A stretch of DNA of 64,000 bases from NCBI GenBank assembly GCA_030704615.1, contig CM060732.1, positions 28,024,001 to 28,088,000 on the forward strand, written 5' to 3'. The notes under the pieces are model-generated. The model was not told where the DNA came from, made no database searches, and saw nothing but the letters and a program-made list of their open reading frames with translations. The DNA is from Takakia lepidozioides (lineage: Eukaryota > Plantae > Bryophyta). The translations under genes were made by a program, and so were the position numbers. Below are positions 40,011 to 53,100 of this stretch, piece after piece. How positions within the stretch are numbered: position 1 is the first letter of the stretch; each line of letters begins with the position of its first letter.

Positions 40011-41052
40011 CCACTTGGATAATGTGAGTGTGCACCTGCTTTCTGACACCACTGTTTGCACTTGGTGATAGCCTAATCCAGCAATTAAAATCACAACTGT
40101 ATCTCTGGCAACGAGCATACATAAGATTAAGTCGTCAAAACCATTCGAACACGAAATTCTCACTCATTCAGCGTAGTCTTGATTCATCCTGGCGCTGGCA
40201 GCAATTCGACACAACAATAATAGTCGAAGGGTGCAAAGCTTGACTCAAATAAAACCAAGAGGTGCTACATTGTGATGTACACATTGTTCAAATCTACATC
40301 CTTCTTGCACTGTCAAGCTGCTCAAGACATCCTGCATTACTGGTTGATGCAAAGCAAACTTGTGAAGGGAGGATGGGAGGGAGAGAGTGACCAATGGCAT
40401 GGGAGCTATGATCCGAGAGCTAAAGTTCCATTTTCAAAATTTGTGCTCAAGAATCATCCTCACATGTGTGTCAACGAGTTCGGAGGTGGTGTTATTGAAC
40501 AATAAAAAAGGGGCTCGACTGGGCTAGGCTACGAGACGCTACTCTTCTGGCAAGCCGCTCAACACTACGCTTCCTACGAAAAAACCCCCGGCGGTGGCCA
40601 AGCACAACAATCTCGGTCCTTAGGCAGTTTCTCTCTTCTTATTAGGCAGGATGGCTTATAGCTCGCTGGATTCCCAGGAAGCCATTTCTGTGATTAGAGC
40701 TTAGCCCAAGGTGGTTGGTTCAAGGGTGCTACCCGATCGCTTGCGATGTATGCCTCATGGCCTCCTATCTTGGTTATTTTTTCCAAGACACCTTTTTATT
40801 AATATGATTTAAAGGGCCTCCATCCCCTTTGCATACCAGTAGGAGGTGGGCGCTCTTTGTAGGTAGTGGTAGAACATTCCAGAAGCAGCCGGATGATAAG
40901 CTCCAGTAGTGCCGTAAGCCAGTACATGAAAGTATATGAAAGGGGAAGGGCCGCATTCTCCAAGCTTTCTTCCGCCTTCACCTCACTTTGGTAGGCTCTG
41001 TAAGCAGCAGGGCCCCTTACAAAATTAACTAGAGCTACTTACATACAATGTA

Positions 41053-41950
41053 CAGTCGACCCTCTTTAAATGTTACCTCCATATATGTTATATCTCTTTT
41101 ATTGTTACGTTTTTTATACTCTGTAGAATATTACACTAGGAATGAGTCAAAGAGTGTTATTTGTTAAATGTTAGGAAAGTCATACTCTCTATGGTGTAAA
41201 ACCACCCTCTGTATTTGTTACATGTCATTATGCACCTCCAATTATGCACCTCCAATCCTGGGAAGTGTGTGTGTCCCTTGAAGTTGAGGTCCGCAATAGG
41301 CTTAGATTTTGCTGTAAGGTCAAAAAGATTGGAAATGCACGTGCTTCAAAAAATATAGAGTACTTCCTTCTTGGTTCTGTTGCTGTAAACACTTAGATTA
41401 ATTTTATTACTATGTAGTCTTCGTACTTTCGTCTTTGTAGTGCCCTAGTACAACCTCTGTGAACCTGAATGGGCTGTCCCCAAGGGAGATTGGTGATGCT
41501 TCCGGAGCAAGTACAAATGTAGAGATGGATGAAATTGATGGACTTTTGCATCAGTTCGCTGAGCTTTCCATCCTTCATGATAATGAGGCTCTGACCATGG
41601 ATGCCTTGGAGTTTCTTAGTTTTGAGGCTCAGTTTAGAATTGGATGTCCTAGCGGCGTGCAATTCTTTTTGAATTGATAAATATTTTGAATGCATTTTGA
41701 ATGTCTTGAGGTTGTTGTTCAATATAAAGCTGAATAGTAAGTAGTGCAGCATTAACTTCTGAAAATAATACTGCGGACTCTTGTGGAATTAAAATTTCCT
41801 CTTGTGCTCCTCGACTTCTTCCGCTGGACCAACCATGTCCCAAATCTCATCATCCTTTGGTTGAAATGGCTCGTTTAAATCAAAGATAAACGGACTTCTT
41901 TCTTATTTTAATCTAAATTAATGTGTAAATGTTACTTTCCATTGAGTGGA
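41053..41950 (+). mobile_element. Truncated pogo/Tigger-like Tc1-mariner element
   Basis: TA followed by CAGTCGACCCTCTTTAAATGTTA, the same TIR family as 56752; internal acidic ORF remnant at 41459-41677; right TIR not found, so the end is approximate. Confidence 0.55.
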
Positions 41951-42399
41951 CCTCGTTAAGTGTGATCTTTATAATTGTTAGGGTAGGAAATTTTTCCCTC
42001 CTTTACGGTTCTCATTGCTGGGAGTCATAACCCCAGCGGTGCTGCAGGATTGGAGAGGCCACAGCACAGTTGTGTGATGCAGGGGTTGTGATTGTGGATG
42101 TGAATGACGAGCTGGGTCAGTGTGGGCGGGGGACCCTGGATCAGATGCAGCGCCATCTGTCGGGATGAGGGCAAAGTTAGTGATGTGGCTGCAGCTGTGG
42201 ACCTCGCTGTATGTATGTTGGGGAAGGTGGACATTCACCACTGCAATGCGGGTCTCGTAGGTGAGCATCTGTCTGTGTGAAACATTTACGCATATTTCCA
42301 AAACCATAGTCAAATGAACCCGACTCTCTTTCCTATACAAAGTGAAGAGTTGTAGTACATTCTCGCGTTTTATGCCACGGCATTCACACAATTTTGAGG

Positions 42400-43021
42400 A
42401 TCTCTCTCTCTCTCTCTCGTGGAGGAGTTAAGGCCAAGAATAGTAAGGGCACTCTCAGAAGTGAAGCTCTGGCACGCCCAAATACTATGAACTCCTCCGT
42501 TAATGGACGAGTCGATCTACATAGAGAGCCTCCCCAAGTTGGGCACCAGGCTGATTGAAATCAAACTATTGGTAGGTAGAGTCCTCTTTGCGGTACGTAT
42601 AGGAGCTGGAAAAGTTGATCCACTTGCATGACAGTGTGGATAGTGAACAGCTTGTAATGTATTTTGACATCGCTCCCTGTGAATGTGCCAGAGCACAATA
42701 CGTGGCTTCAAACAAGAGACAAGAGTGAGGATGGCAGCAGGGAAGCCTTATTATGACGGCAAGTGTACCAAGCGTGCTGGCCTGCGTTGGACGCAAAACT
42801 CAGTACTTCAGCAAAGCCACCCTTGTCCCTGTCTCTCCAACTCAGGTTCTCAGCTCTCAGTCTACAGTTCTTGGCATAGCTTCCACCTCCAGGAACGTGC
42901 AGAGGTATTTCCGTCGGCTATGTGCGAGCCCTGCAATAATCCTACCGGGGAGGGAAAACCCGGCTGTTATTTCCCCAAAAACAGGGTATTCCGCAGGGAC
43001 TAAGGCCACAAGCAATCAATG

Positions 43022-43067
<46 letters not shown>

Positions 43068-45517
43068 GGAAGGAAAAAAGAAGGGAAACCCACTTACGTT
43101 TTTTTCCTGGATGTCAAAAAGGCTTATGACACAGTGTGGAGAGATGGCCTATGGTTCCGCCTCTGGTTAAGGACACCATGCTTTGTCGCGTTATTAGACC
43201 TGCCTTGGAGTACGGATCTGCTATATGGGTTGATAACTCCAACCAGGCTAAGTCTCTAGAATCCATTCAAGTGGGGGTGCTTAAGGAGTGTATGTCAGCA
43301 TGCTCCAAAACAGCCAATGTGGCTGTTCGGGGTGAGTTTGGCATTCCATCCTTAAGCTCCCGACGAGATGATTCAAGGTCAGATGGTGGGGTCAGCTGCA
43401 ACATATGCCCAACACCAGATATCCTAAGTTAATCGACTCTACTCTGCTTCTGTTTGCTGTTCAAAGGTAGGCTTCCGGCCCTGAGTTTAAATTTCAGTCT
43501 AGTGCCGAGAGTGAGTAGACCCTTGAGGTCATCCAAGATGTCCTCCCCCATGTCACTGACTGGAAACAAGTTCAGGGAAGTTTTCTGCCTGACTTCATTT
43601 TCATCAGACAATCTCATGGCAACAGACATGGCTTTGGACACTACAGCCTCTAAGCCAGATTTATCCAGCAGGGTCAAGACTTGCGGATCCAGGTCCAGGT
43701 CCTTGAGAATCTCTTCTACTCTCTTCTGCCAGGACTTAGCCTGTTTGACAGGGCGGTCCTGTTTGCCCGTTGTGTGGGCAATCTGAAGACAGTATTCATT
43801 TTCTGATACTGTCCGGGGTTCTCTCACCAAAGAGACACTCTCTTCAACTCTATCAAGGGAATTGTGCCTGTACCCCTGTTTACCAACTTTGAAAGTCTCG
43901 AGGCTGAGCCAAAAGCCCAGGCCCCCCTGAGGCCTAGTTTTTGGGCAAATCACACACAGCAGATTGATGCTTGTGTGAAGGGATTTCTAGAGGATATCTG
44001 GAAAACCCGGATTAATTCTTTATATGAAGGTAAGTCTTACTACCAACGTCAGCCCCTGACAGAGGTAGGTTCTGTTCCTTTTGTTCCCGCTCAAACTGGG
44101 CGCGGGGTCAATGGCCACAAGGCTACGGCAAACAACGTCTTATGAGTACAATCTCTCTCTCTCAGGTCATGGCAAACAATGTCTTATCAGTACATTCTCT
44201 CTCTCTCTACGACCATTCAATGACATGGGGGGGCCATCGTGGATGACCACAAGGGTTTACCCACTCTTGGCACTAGACTGAAATTTAAACTCAGGGCAGG
44301 AAGCCTACCTTTAAACAGCAAACAGATGCAGAGAGGAAAGGGGGATTGCAACTGCCTGTTGTGTGGGCAATCTGAAGACAATATTCACTCTCTGATTCGT
44401 TGCCCTGCGTACTCTCACCAGAGAGACGCCCTGTTCAAATCCGTCAAGGGATTTGTTTGTGTACCTCTGTTTCTTAACAATTTTGAAAATCTTGAGGCTA
44501 AGCCAAAAGCTCAGGCCCTTTTGGGGCCTAGTTATAGGCCAAATGACACACAGCAGATTGATGCTTGTGTAAAGGGATTTCTAGAGGATATCTGGAAAAC
44601 CCGGATCAATGTTTTATATCAAGGTAAGTCTTACTACATACGTCAGCCCCTGCCAAAGGTAGTTTCTGTCCCTTTGTGTTCCGCTCAACTGGGCACGGGT
44701 TCAATGGCCACAAGGCTACGGCAAACAACGTCTTATGAGTACAATCTGTCAATGGCCACAAGGCTACTCCAAACAACGTCTTATGAGTACATTCTCTCTC
44801 TCTATAATGAAGTTAGGCAGAAAACTTCCCTGAACTTGTTTCCAGTCTGTGACATGGGGGAGGATATCATGGATGACCTCAACGGTCTACCCACTCTCGG
44901 CACTAGACTGAAATTTAAACTCAGGGCAGGAAGCCTACCTTTGAACAGCAAACAGAAGCAGAGAGGAAAGGGACAGTGCAATTGCCCGTTGTGTGGGCAA
45001 CCTGAAGACAATATTCATATCCTGATTCGCTGTCGGGGGTTCTATCACCAGAGAGACGCTGTCCTCAAATCTATCTAGGGAATTGTGCCTGTACCTCTGT
45101 TTACCAACTTTGAAAGTCTCAAGGCTGAGCCAAAAGCCCAAGCCCTTCTGGCGCCTAGTTATTGGGCAAACCACACACAGCAGATTGATGCTTGTGTGAA
45201 GGGATTTCTAGAGGATATCTGGAAAACCCGGATCAATGTTTTATATCAAGGTAAGTCTTACTACCGACGTCAATGCCCAGAGATTGTACTCATAAGACGT
45301 TGTTTGCCGTAGCCTTGTGGCCATTGACCCCGCGCCCAGTTTGAGCGGGAACAAAAGGGACAGAACCTACCTCTGTCAGGGGCTGACGTTGGTAGTAAGA
45401 CTTACCTCCATATAAAGAATTAATCCGGGTTTTCCAGATATCCTCTAGAAATCCCTTCACACAAGCATCAATCTGCTGTGTGTGATTTGCCCAAAAACCG
45501 ACGTCAATGCCCAGAGA
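42400..45517. mobile_element. Nested array of 5'-truncated, partly inverted LINE copies (RTEX-like) in (CT)n tracts
   Basis: RT motif FLDVKKAYDTVWRDGLW, RPALEYGSAIW, VAVRGEFG, LKFKLRAGSLPL and CPLC..H..C zinc knuckle. The 3' end AATGGCCACAAGGCTACGGCAAACAACGTCTTATGAGTACA recurs, usually followed by TCTCTC. The inverted copy 45284-45496 has a 21-bp TSD. Confidence 0.9.
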
Positions 45518-45709
45518 GATGTGCACTAGCCATTTAGTGATCTTCACAGATGGCAAACTGTCCACGCATGTCACAAACTTCAAGAGAAAAAAGGTGGGCC
45601 ATATGTGGTGGCTCTTGTTAGATTCACCAGGGGTGCCAGAAACTCAGGATGCAACCTCTCCAGAGACACTTAGGTAATTGGAAGCTGTCAAAATTATAAT
45701 GTTTTGCAG

Positions 45710-48562
45710 TTCCTGTACACAGGTCAAGGAATAAGCAAAGAGTTGCTCTGGCACGAGTTCTTCTCAGATCCCGCACAGTGGTGGGACAATAGGTTTGATA
45801 AGGTGAGAAAGTTTGTCAGGTTTACTTGTGCTGGCATGATGATGTTTACTGTCAGTCCAGTCCAGTTGCTTAGATTCATGACAAATTTCGTCACTGGGAA
45901 AAGCAGCAAAGCGGTTGTCACTGTGGGTATTGGCTGCTCAATGTTGTTCTCAGTAACTTGAAATACTCTTACACTCATGGAGGTTGTTAGTGTGGTTTTT
46001 GGGGTTATGGTTGAAGCTATAGCTGCTCTGGTGGGTTTGCAGAGAACTCCAAGATCACCAGACTTCAGGCATAAGCATACAAAGGAGGTTCTTTGGATTG
46101 AGAGTTTGTCGACCCCTCCTTGGGTGAAAGCCAAGCTATCTGGCATGGTTCAAGGTCAAGCACATTCCATTGACAGTTCCAATGTTGATGTACATCATGG
46201 AGGTCCAGGTGGAGCACACAATGGGTATTGTTTTGATGATGATTCTAGGGTCCCAACTCAATAGGATAGTTTATGCTCAAGTAGCATGAGTTGTATATCC
46301 CTGTATATATGCCTGTCCAAGGAGTTTTGACATATGTAATTGACTGGGACTGTGAAGGATTGATATGAGAAAGTTGTGTGCTGCAGGACAGCAGGATGGA
46401 ATCAAGCACACTCATCAGGAAGCTCCAGCATAACCAACTCATTTGGCACTAGGGGAAATGTGTGGACTCTATGTAAGGCAGGACATCTGCAACAGGTGCT
46501 GCACATTTTGAACGAACAAGGCATTGCAGATTCCAACATTTATGTCACTTTACTGCAGACGTGCATCAAAGTTAAAGACATCGAAATGGGAAAGCAGGTC
46601 TATGCTCACATTATGCACAGTGGATTCAAGCCAAACATCTCTCTACTCAACACCCTTGTCAACATGTACGCCAAGTGTGGGAGTGTGGAGGATGCACGCC
46701 AAGTGTTCGACAAAATGCCTGAACGAGATGTGTTTACGTGGACTATAATGATGGGAGGATATGCCAAACATGGATTTCGGAGGGAGGCTTTCGAGATCTA
46801 TGAGCAAATGATACAGGACGGGGTGTTGCCCAACGAGGTCACCTTCACTTGTGTTCTAAATGTCTGTGCCAACCTGGGGGTCCTGGAAAAGGGCAAAATG
46901 GTCCATGCTGACATCATCAAAGCTGGAATTGTGCCAGATATTATTCTGGAGACTGCCCTTGCTGACATGTATGCCAAATGCGGGAGCATGAAGGATGCCC
47001 GTCAAGTATTTGACAACATGGTTAAAGGAGATGTGGTCTCATGGAATGCAATGATTGCAGGATATTCTCAGCATGGGTGTGGTAGGGAAGCCTTTGATAT
47101 GTATGGGCGAATGATTCGGGAAGGAGTGCAGCCCAACAGGGTTACATTCATTTGTGTTGTCAATGCATGTGCCAGCCTAGGAGCACTGCAAAAGGGCAAG
47201 GAGGTCCATGCAGACATCATCAAAGCTGGAATTGCACCAAATATTGTTCTGGAGACTGCCCTTGCTGACATGTATGCCAAATGCGGCAGCATGAAGGATG
47301 CACACGAAGTGTTTGACAATATGGTGCAACGAAATGTGGTATCATGGAGTGCCATGATCGCAGGATATGCTGAGCATGGATGTGGTTGGGAGGCTTTCAA
47401 GCTGTATGAGCGAATGTTAGAGGAGGGGGTCATGCCCAACAAGGTCACATTCATTTTCGTTCTCAATGCCTGTGCCAGCCTGGCAGCTTTGGAGATGGGT
47501 GAAAAGGTCCATACTGACATTAGCAAAGCTGGAGTTTTGCCTGATATTATTCTGGAGACTGCTCTTGTCAACATGTATGCAAAATGCGGCAGCATGAAGA
47601 ATGCACATCGAGTTTTCGATAATATGGCTCACCAAGATGTGATCTCATGGAGTGCAATGATAGCAGGATATGCTCAGCATGGGTGTGCTATGGAGAGCGT
47701 TCAACTATTTGAACAAATGATTCGGGAAGGCTTGAAGCCAAACGATATCACCTTCATATGTCTTCTCTCTGCATGTAGCCATGCCGGTCTAGTGGATGAA
47801 GGTCGCCACTACTTTGATATCATGAGTCTAGATCATGGCCTTATTCCTACGTTGGAGCATTTTGGATGCATTGTGGACCTTCTTGGCCGTGCAGGGCAAC
47901 TAGAGGAAGCAGAGACCTTCATTAACACAATGCCAATCGAACCAGATGCTGGGGTGTGGGGAGCCTTTCTTGGTGCCTGCAGAATTCATGGCAACGTGGT
48001 GCTAGCAGAACATGCAGCAAAATGCCTTCTCAAGTTGAATCCAGAGAATGCAGCAACTTATGTGCTGCTGTCAAACATCTATGCTGCAGCTGGCCGATGG
48101 GATGATCAAGTAAAGGTGAGGAAAATGATGGAGGACAGAGGTGTCCGTAAGGAGCCCGGGCGGAGCTGCATTGAGGTGGATAGCCAGGTGCATACATTCA
48201 TTGTAGAAGACAACTTGCATCCGAAACTGGAGGAAATTCATTCTGAGCTGCAGAAATTGTCTGGGCAGTTGAAAGAGGCTGGGTACGTGCCTGACAAGCG
48301 CTTTGTGTTGCATGATGTGGAGGAGGAGATGAAGGAAAATTCTCTTTGTCAGCACAGTGAGAAGCTGGCCATTGCTTTTGGGCTCATCAGCATGCCCCCT
48401 GGGACACCTATCCGCATCATCAAGAACCTTCGGGTGTGTGGTGACTGCCACTCTGCCACCAAGTTCATCTCGAAAATAGTTGGGCGAGCCATTGTTGTGC
48501 GGGATGCCAACCGCTTTCACCACTTCCAGGATGGGCTTTGCTCTTGTGGGGATTACTGGTGA
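45710..48562 (+). CDS. PLS-E1-E2-DYW (PG-type) PPR RNA-editing factor with an N-terminal OSB-type PDF motif; first exon(s) not resolved
   Basis: Exons ~45710-45802, 46043-46224 and 46387-48562 splice in frame. [19 protein letters not shown]|[24 protein letters not shown] is followed by 14 PLS repeats, E1/E2, PG box, HSEKLA, CGDCH and terminal DYW. Confidence 0.93.
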
Positions 48563-50107
48563 AAAAATCAAGTTGCAAAACAGAGAGCGTGTCACTTCAA
48601 ATGTGAGGTGATTATTTTTGGAATTTAAAGAAATGATGATCTGTTAGTACGACACTGGGAGCTATCACAGTTCATGACTTATAACCATATTCCAGCAGTC
48701 AGCATTGAGGTGACGGAAACCTTTATTACCGAAGTTTTGTTGCAGATTCCAGGGAACTGTAGTAAAGAGAAAGAACAATGTCCTGCGAGTACACAGACTA
48801 TTACTCCTTTCACAGCCCACAGCTGCCTACAGATCTCAGGATTGCCCTAGTTCTGCATTGGCAAGTCAACGGCAGAACCTTTAGGCTGCATGCGGACGGA
48901 GAATATCCTATTGATAGTAGAAAAGGTGTTTTGATGTCTTGATACCTTCCACTTGAAAGAAGTGATGGAGGGGCTTCTAATTTGATGTTCACTATCTTAG
49001 TGATTTTGAAAGTAGAGCTTCCAATCAGGGCACTGTTTTCAATTGTGGTTCCTGGTTTCAGACTGAACCCTCCTCAGAATGAAGGCATATGCTGGAGAGG
49101 CTCTCTATGCTTCAGTGTGGGCCAGACTCACATTGTATGGCATTACTCAGACCCTTTAGGAGTACTGGGTAATAAGTTGCTGAACAAAGGCAATTTGCAG
49201 ACCATTCTCTCTTGTCTTCCAAATGTCCATGCAGCAAGGGGTTGTCGGATACTAGAGATATCTTGTACACCATTCCGTACCTTTCGGCAGTTAAGATTCA
49301 GTCCCTGCCCTGCCTAAATGTTTGTTCAATCCAAGCAACCTCCACTGAGTTCAAATGCTCGCTCTGGCTGTATTTAGACAATCAGAAATAAACATGAACC
49401 CTCTGGACGTAATGAAAGGTGGCTATTTTCACGAATACAACCAGAGTGCTCCACTCAGAATCTTCCAGCAACCTAAGAACTAGAGTACCAATAAACTAAA
49501 CAACACAGGTGAGTTTAATAGATAAGAGAGGAGGGGGCTATGCAAACAACCGGATGAGCAGATTAGTTGCCAATGTAGCTGGACAAACACTACAACAGAT
49601 ACACTGGTAGCCAAACCCCACAAAGGCCACCAGGATGCAAAACATGGACTTTGGTTGTAGCTGATCCATTCGCCCTTGTATTAATAACAGGTCTAAGTCT
49701 TTTGCTTGCTGATCTCTAGGGACATATGTCCGCAGATTAAGATGATAAACTTCCGTGTACCTATTCTCCATGCCATTGCTTTGTAATCCACCTTCTAAAT
49801 GGATTGAAGTTCAGGCGTTCAAACCCAAAGATATATACAGTTAAGAATTAAATTAATGAGGACAATTGCATGTCCACCACAAAGATGGAGGCATGAAAGG
49901 GTTACATAGTTTTTCAACTTCCATTCAGACAGGCATGGATCCCTAGGAAGAAGCCATCTCTGCATATCATATTTTGGTGTATTTACTCCGACACCTCTAC
50001 AGAAACAAAATCTTTGAAATTGCACTTTGTGCAAGCTTAACCCTCTGAACAAAATAAGATTGGAAGCCGGGTAGAGCAGATATAAGTCATCAAATCTTTT
50101 ATTAAAA

Positions 50108-53100
50108 TCAAGTACACATGACTTGGTCGCAAGCTTGCAGGGCCTGCCCCGCAAAAAACCGTACATCCACATCTGGATCTTCATTCAGCTCCAATAAGCA
50201 GGGCCGAATTGTTTGTTCCACTACCTGCACCATCAAAGCTTGCACAACCCAGATCAACAACGAATGGCTGGCTGAATGGCTATAGGCAAGCTTGATGCAG
50301 AGCCTAAACTACACCCCAGAAAATCTACCTGAAATCAACACAGCTAGTTGTTGCATCAGCAAAACATATACGTTAATCATTAGATTTTTAAAATATTTAC
50401 CTTTCGACAGAGACCCAATTTTAAGATCTGCTGTACCAGCTCATGCAAACTCAACAACTACAATATATTTAGAAGAATCTGGGCCATGGCCACTCACTTA
50501 TGACAACAGAGCAAAATTCAGGGTCTTCATATTGGTTCCCTAATAGGACTGACTGCCTACTTCGAAAGTCAGGACAAACAGGGTTGCTCACCGTAGAATC
50601 AACTATGTTGATCATGGATTGCAGCATTTTGGCAACATTAAACTTTATATTTGGCACCCTGTATCACATGACAACGTAACACGAAAGTTCTGGTTAGACG
50701 AGCTAAAAATCGATATGCACACTGTTGAAGGTACCGAGAAAGAAATTCAGATCATCACCACCAACATCACTTAGTTCCCAAAGGTGAGACATTACTATTG
50801 TGGCACAGGTTCTCCATTAGAAGAGCTAATAATCCTACCCATCTAAAACAACATTTTCCTGCATTTCTCCACATCAGAAAGCTGAGAGTGGTCAGACTGT
50901 ATGTATCTGTGCTTCATCTGGACCAAGCCTAAACAAACATGCAAGGCACACATGCGAGAAAGATTACCTGTCTTTTGCGGCATTGATGACCACAGGTAGC
51001 ATGGTCTGGCAAGTGGCTTCAGCACCCACAACAGGGGCAAGAAGTGAAATTGCTACCAGAACGGTCATGCGGTACAAATAGTGTGGGTTGTTTATCATTT
51101 CCATCACCTGCTTCCCCACCCCCACCATTACTTAATCAAACAGTCTTCTCTCTCTCTACGGTCTATGGGCACAAGGCTACGGCGAGTGACCAGCATCTTA
51201 CCAGTACATTCTCTCTGTGCATAGGGGTATTGAGCCTGTGATCAGGGAGAAAGAGAGTGACACCACCCCACACACCTGAGGGATGATGTGTTGCATGGCC
51301 CATTCTGGGCCAAACTCTTCAGCAAGGCGTTTGAGATTGTTTGCAGCTGCCTCCCTGATTGAATAGACCTGCACCAAGCACCAACTTCACAGGAGAACAA
51401 CTCAAAACATGTGACCATGGTTGTCTCTTCTATTCTCAATATTGAATTTGAGGTACCAAGACTTCCGCTTGCTGGACAGCAGATTGCTGAACTGCATCCA
51501 CACACAACAGAATTGTATATACTTACTTCATGTCCTTGTGGGTTTGCCATATGTATGAGAAACAGAGGGGAAGGGATGTAGATGGTGTTGAGAAAAGGGG
51601 AGGTGCTGTTATACAATGCAACTCCCGAACATATGTACTTCTGGGGAAGATCAACTGGAGGAAAGAAAGAAACAACACATGTAATACATCCACGGCCAGA
51701 CATGTAAAACAAAAATCCTTTGAAGTTAAGCTGGTAATGGGACCTGATCACCAAGCCACTGCATGCAGAGGGTGCCCAGCTTGTCATCAAAAAAGTCAAC
51801 TCCTAACTGGCTTGCCAGCAGCGGAATGTACTCAATGATGGCCAGGCGCACACGCCAATGACGGTCCTCTGCTAACTCCACAATTGCTGGCAACAGTGAC
51901 TGTGACAGCAAATCAATGCCTATAACCTGCATGCCACAATGTAGTTATAAGGTTATAAGACTGGTCTTCTAACCCTAAACCTCCATAGAGTTGTTCCCTC
52001 CTTCAGGCAGAAACGATCAGGCAATTACGAAGTACACTCTGATATTTCTCTACTCATTCCTACAGTCTGACAGAACCGAACATCACATTTGTACCAGTTA
52101 GAGACATATGGGCTCATTTAGCGCTACAGGGTACTTTGATTGCAAGCATGGCCACCTGCTGTGGCACCTGTGCTAAGGAAGATGCTCAATTGTATTCATG
52201 TCACTGATATGTTATCACGTCAATTGTCCACTCCATTGCGATTTCTTGTTTGGTCTTGCGAGATATACTCGTCAACTCAACAGTCAGTCATAAACCCAGA
52301 CATATGATTGAACCACCTGGCATACAAGGCCAAGTTTGAACCCATATAAGGGACAGCTTAGAAGGCCACACCAGGAGGGCTTGCTCCCCCATGAGAACCA
52401 TGCTGTCCAGGTATGGCACAGCCAGCATCCACAGAGAGCATGTATGAGGATGTATCTTCTCCCTGAACATAAGTTAATAGACATCTCGGCCAATTGTGAC
52501 GCCTTCCAGGCAACCATGCCAAGACCCTCGTAATGACCTAAGACCTCACCCCCAATTCCCAAGTAAGTCCCTGGAACGCAGTGGGCAGACATTCCCTTCC
52601 TGCGGACACATCCTCACAAAGATAAGCAACAAAATGGGGAATTCCACTACCAGCACTTCACCTGGTTGACTTGATCAAGCTTGCTGATAATATTAAGGCG
52701 TACATCTGGAAATTCATCCTTCAAAAGAGCAAGAAAGATAGGTAGAAGCTGCTCAATTGTTGCCTCCTGCAATAGAGAACACATTACTGTCACACATCCC
52801 AAAATGCCCTTTCCATAGTAAACACCATTACACGGCCCTATGGGAGCGGACTTCATGTACTCCATGTTGACAAAACTATTATAATTCAGCTTGTCAGCTG
52901 ATTACCCCAAAAGTATAACTTGCTGCAGCCTGCAATTGCCTTCAATGTGTTCCCAGGAAAAGAAAGACATTATCTGGAGAATTTCATGAGGTTTGTGCAC
53001 CAAACTTCTGAGTTAGTCTCCTGCAGCAGGCTCCCAGATAGACAGCCTAGTACCAAATTGCATAAGCATATTTTACTTATTTTTCAGCTGACTCTTAGCA

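Noticed and set aside
47068-48595. Long antisense ORFs over the PPR gene (also over PP2AA exon 1)
   Set aside because: Shadow ORFs of genuine coding sequence on the opposite strand.
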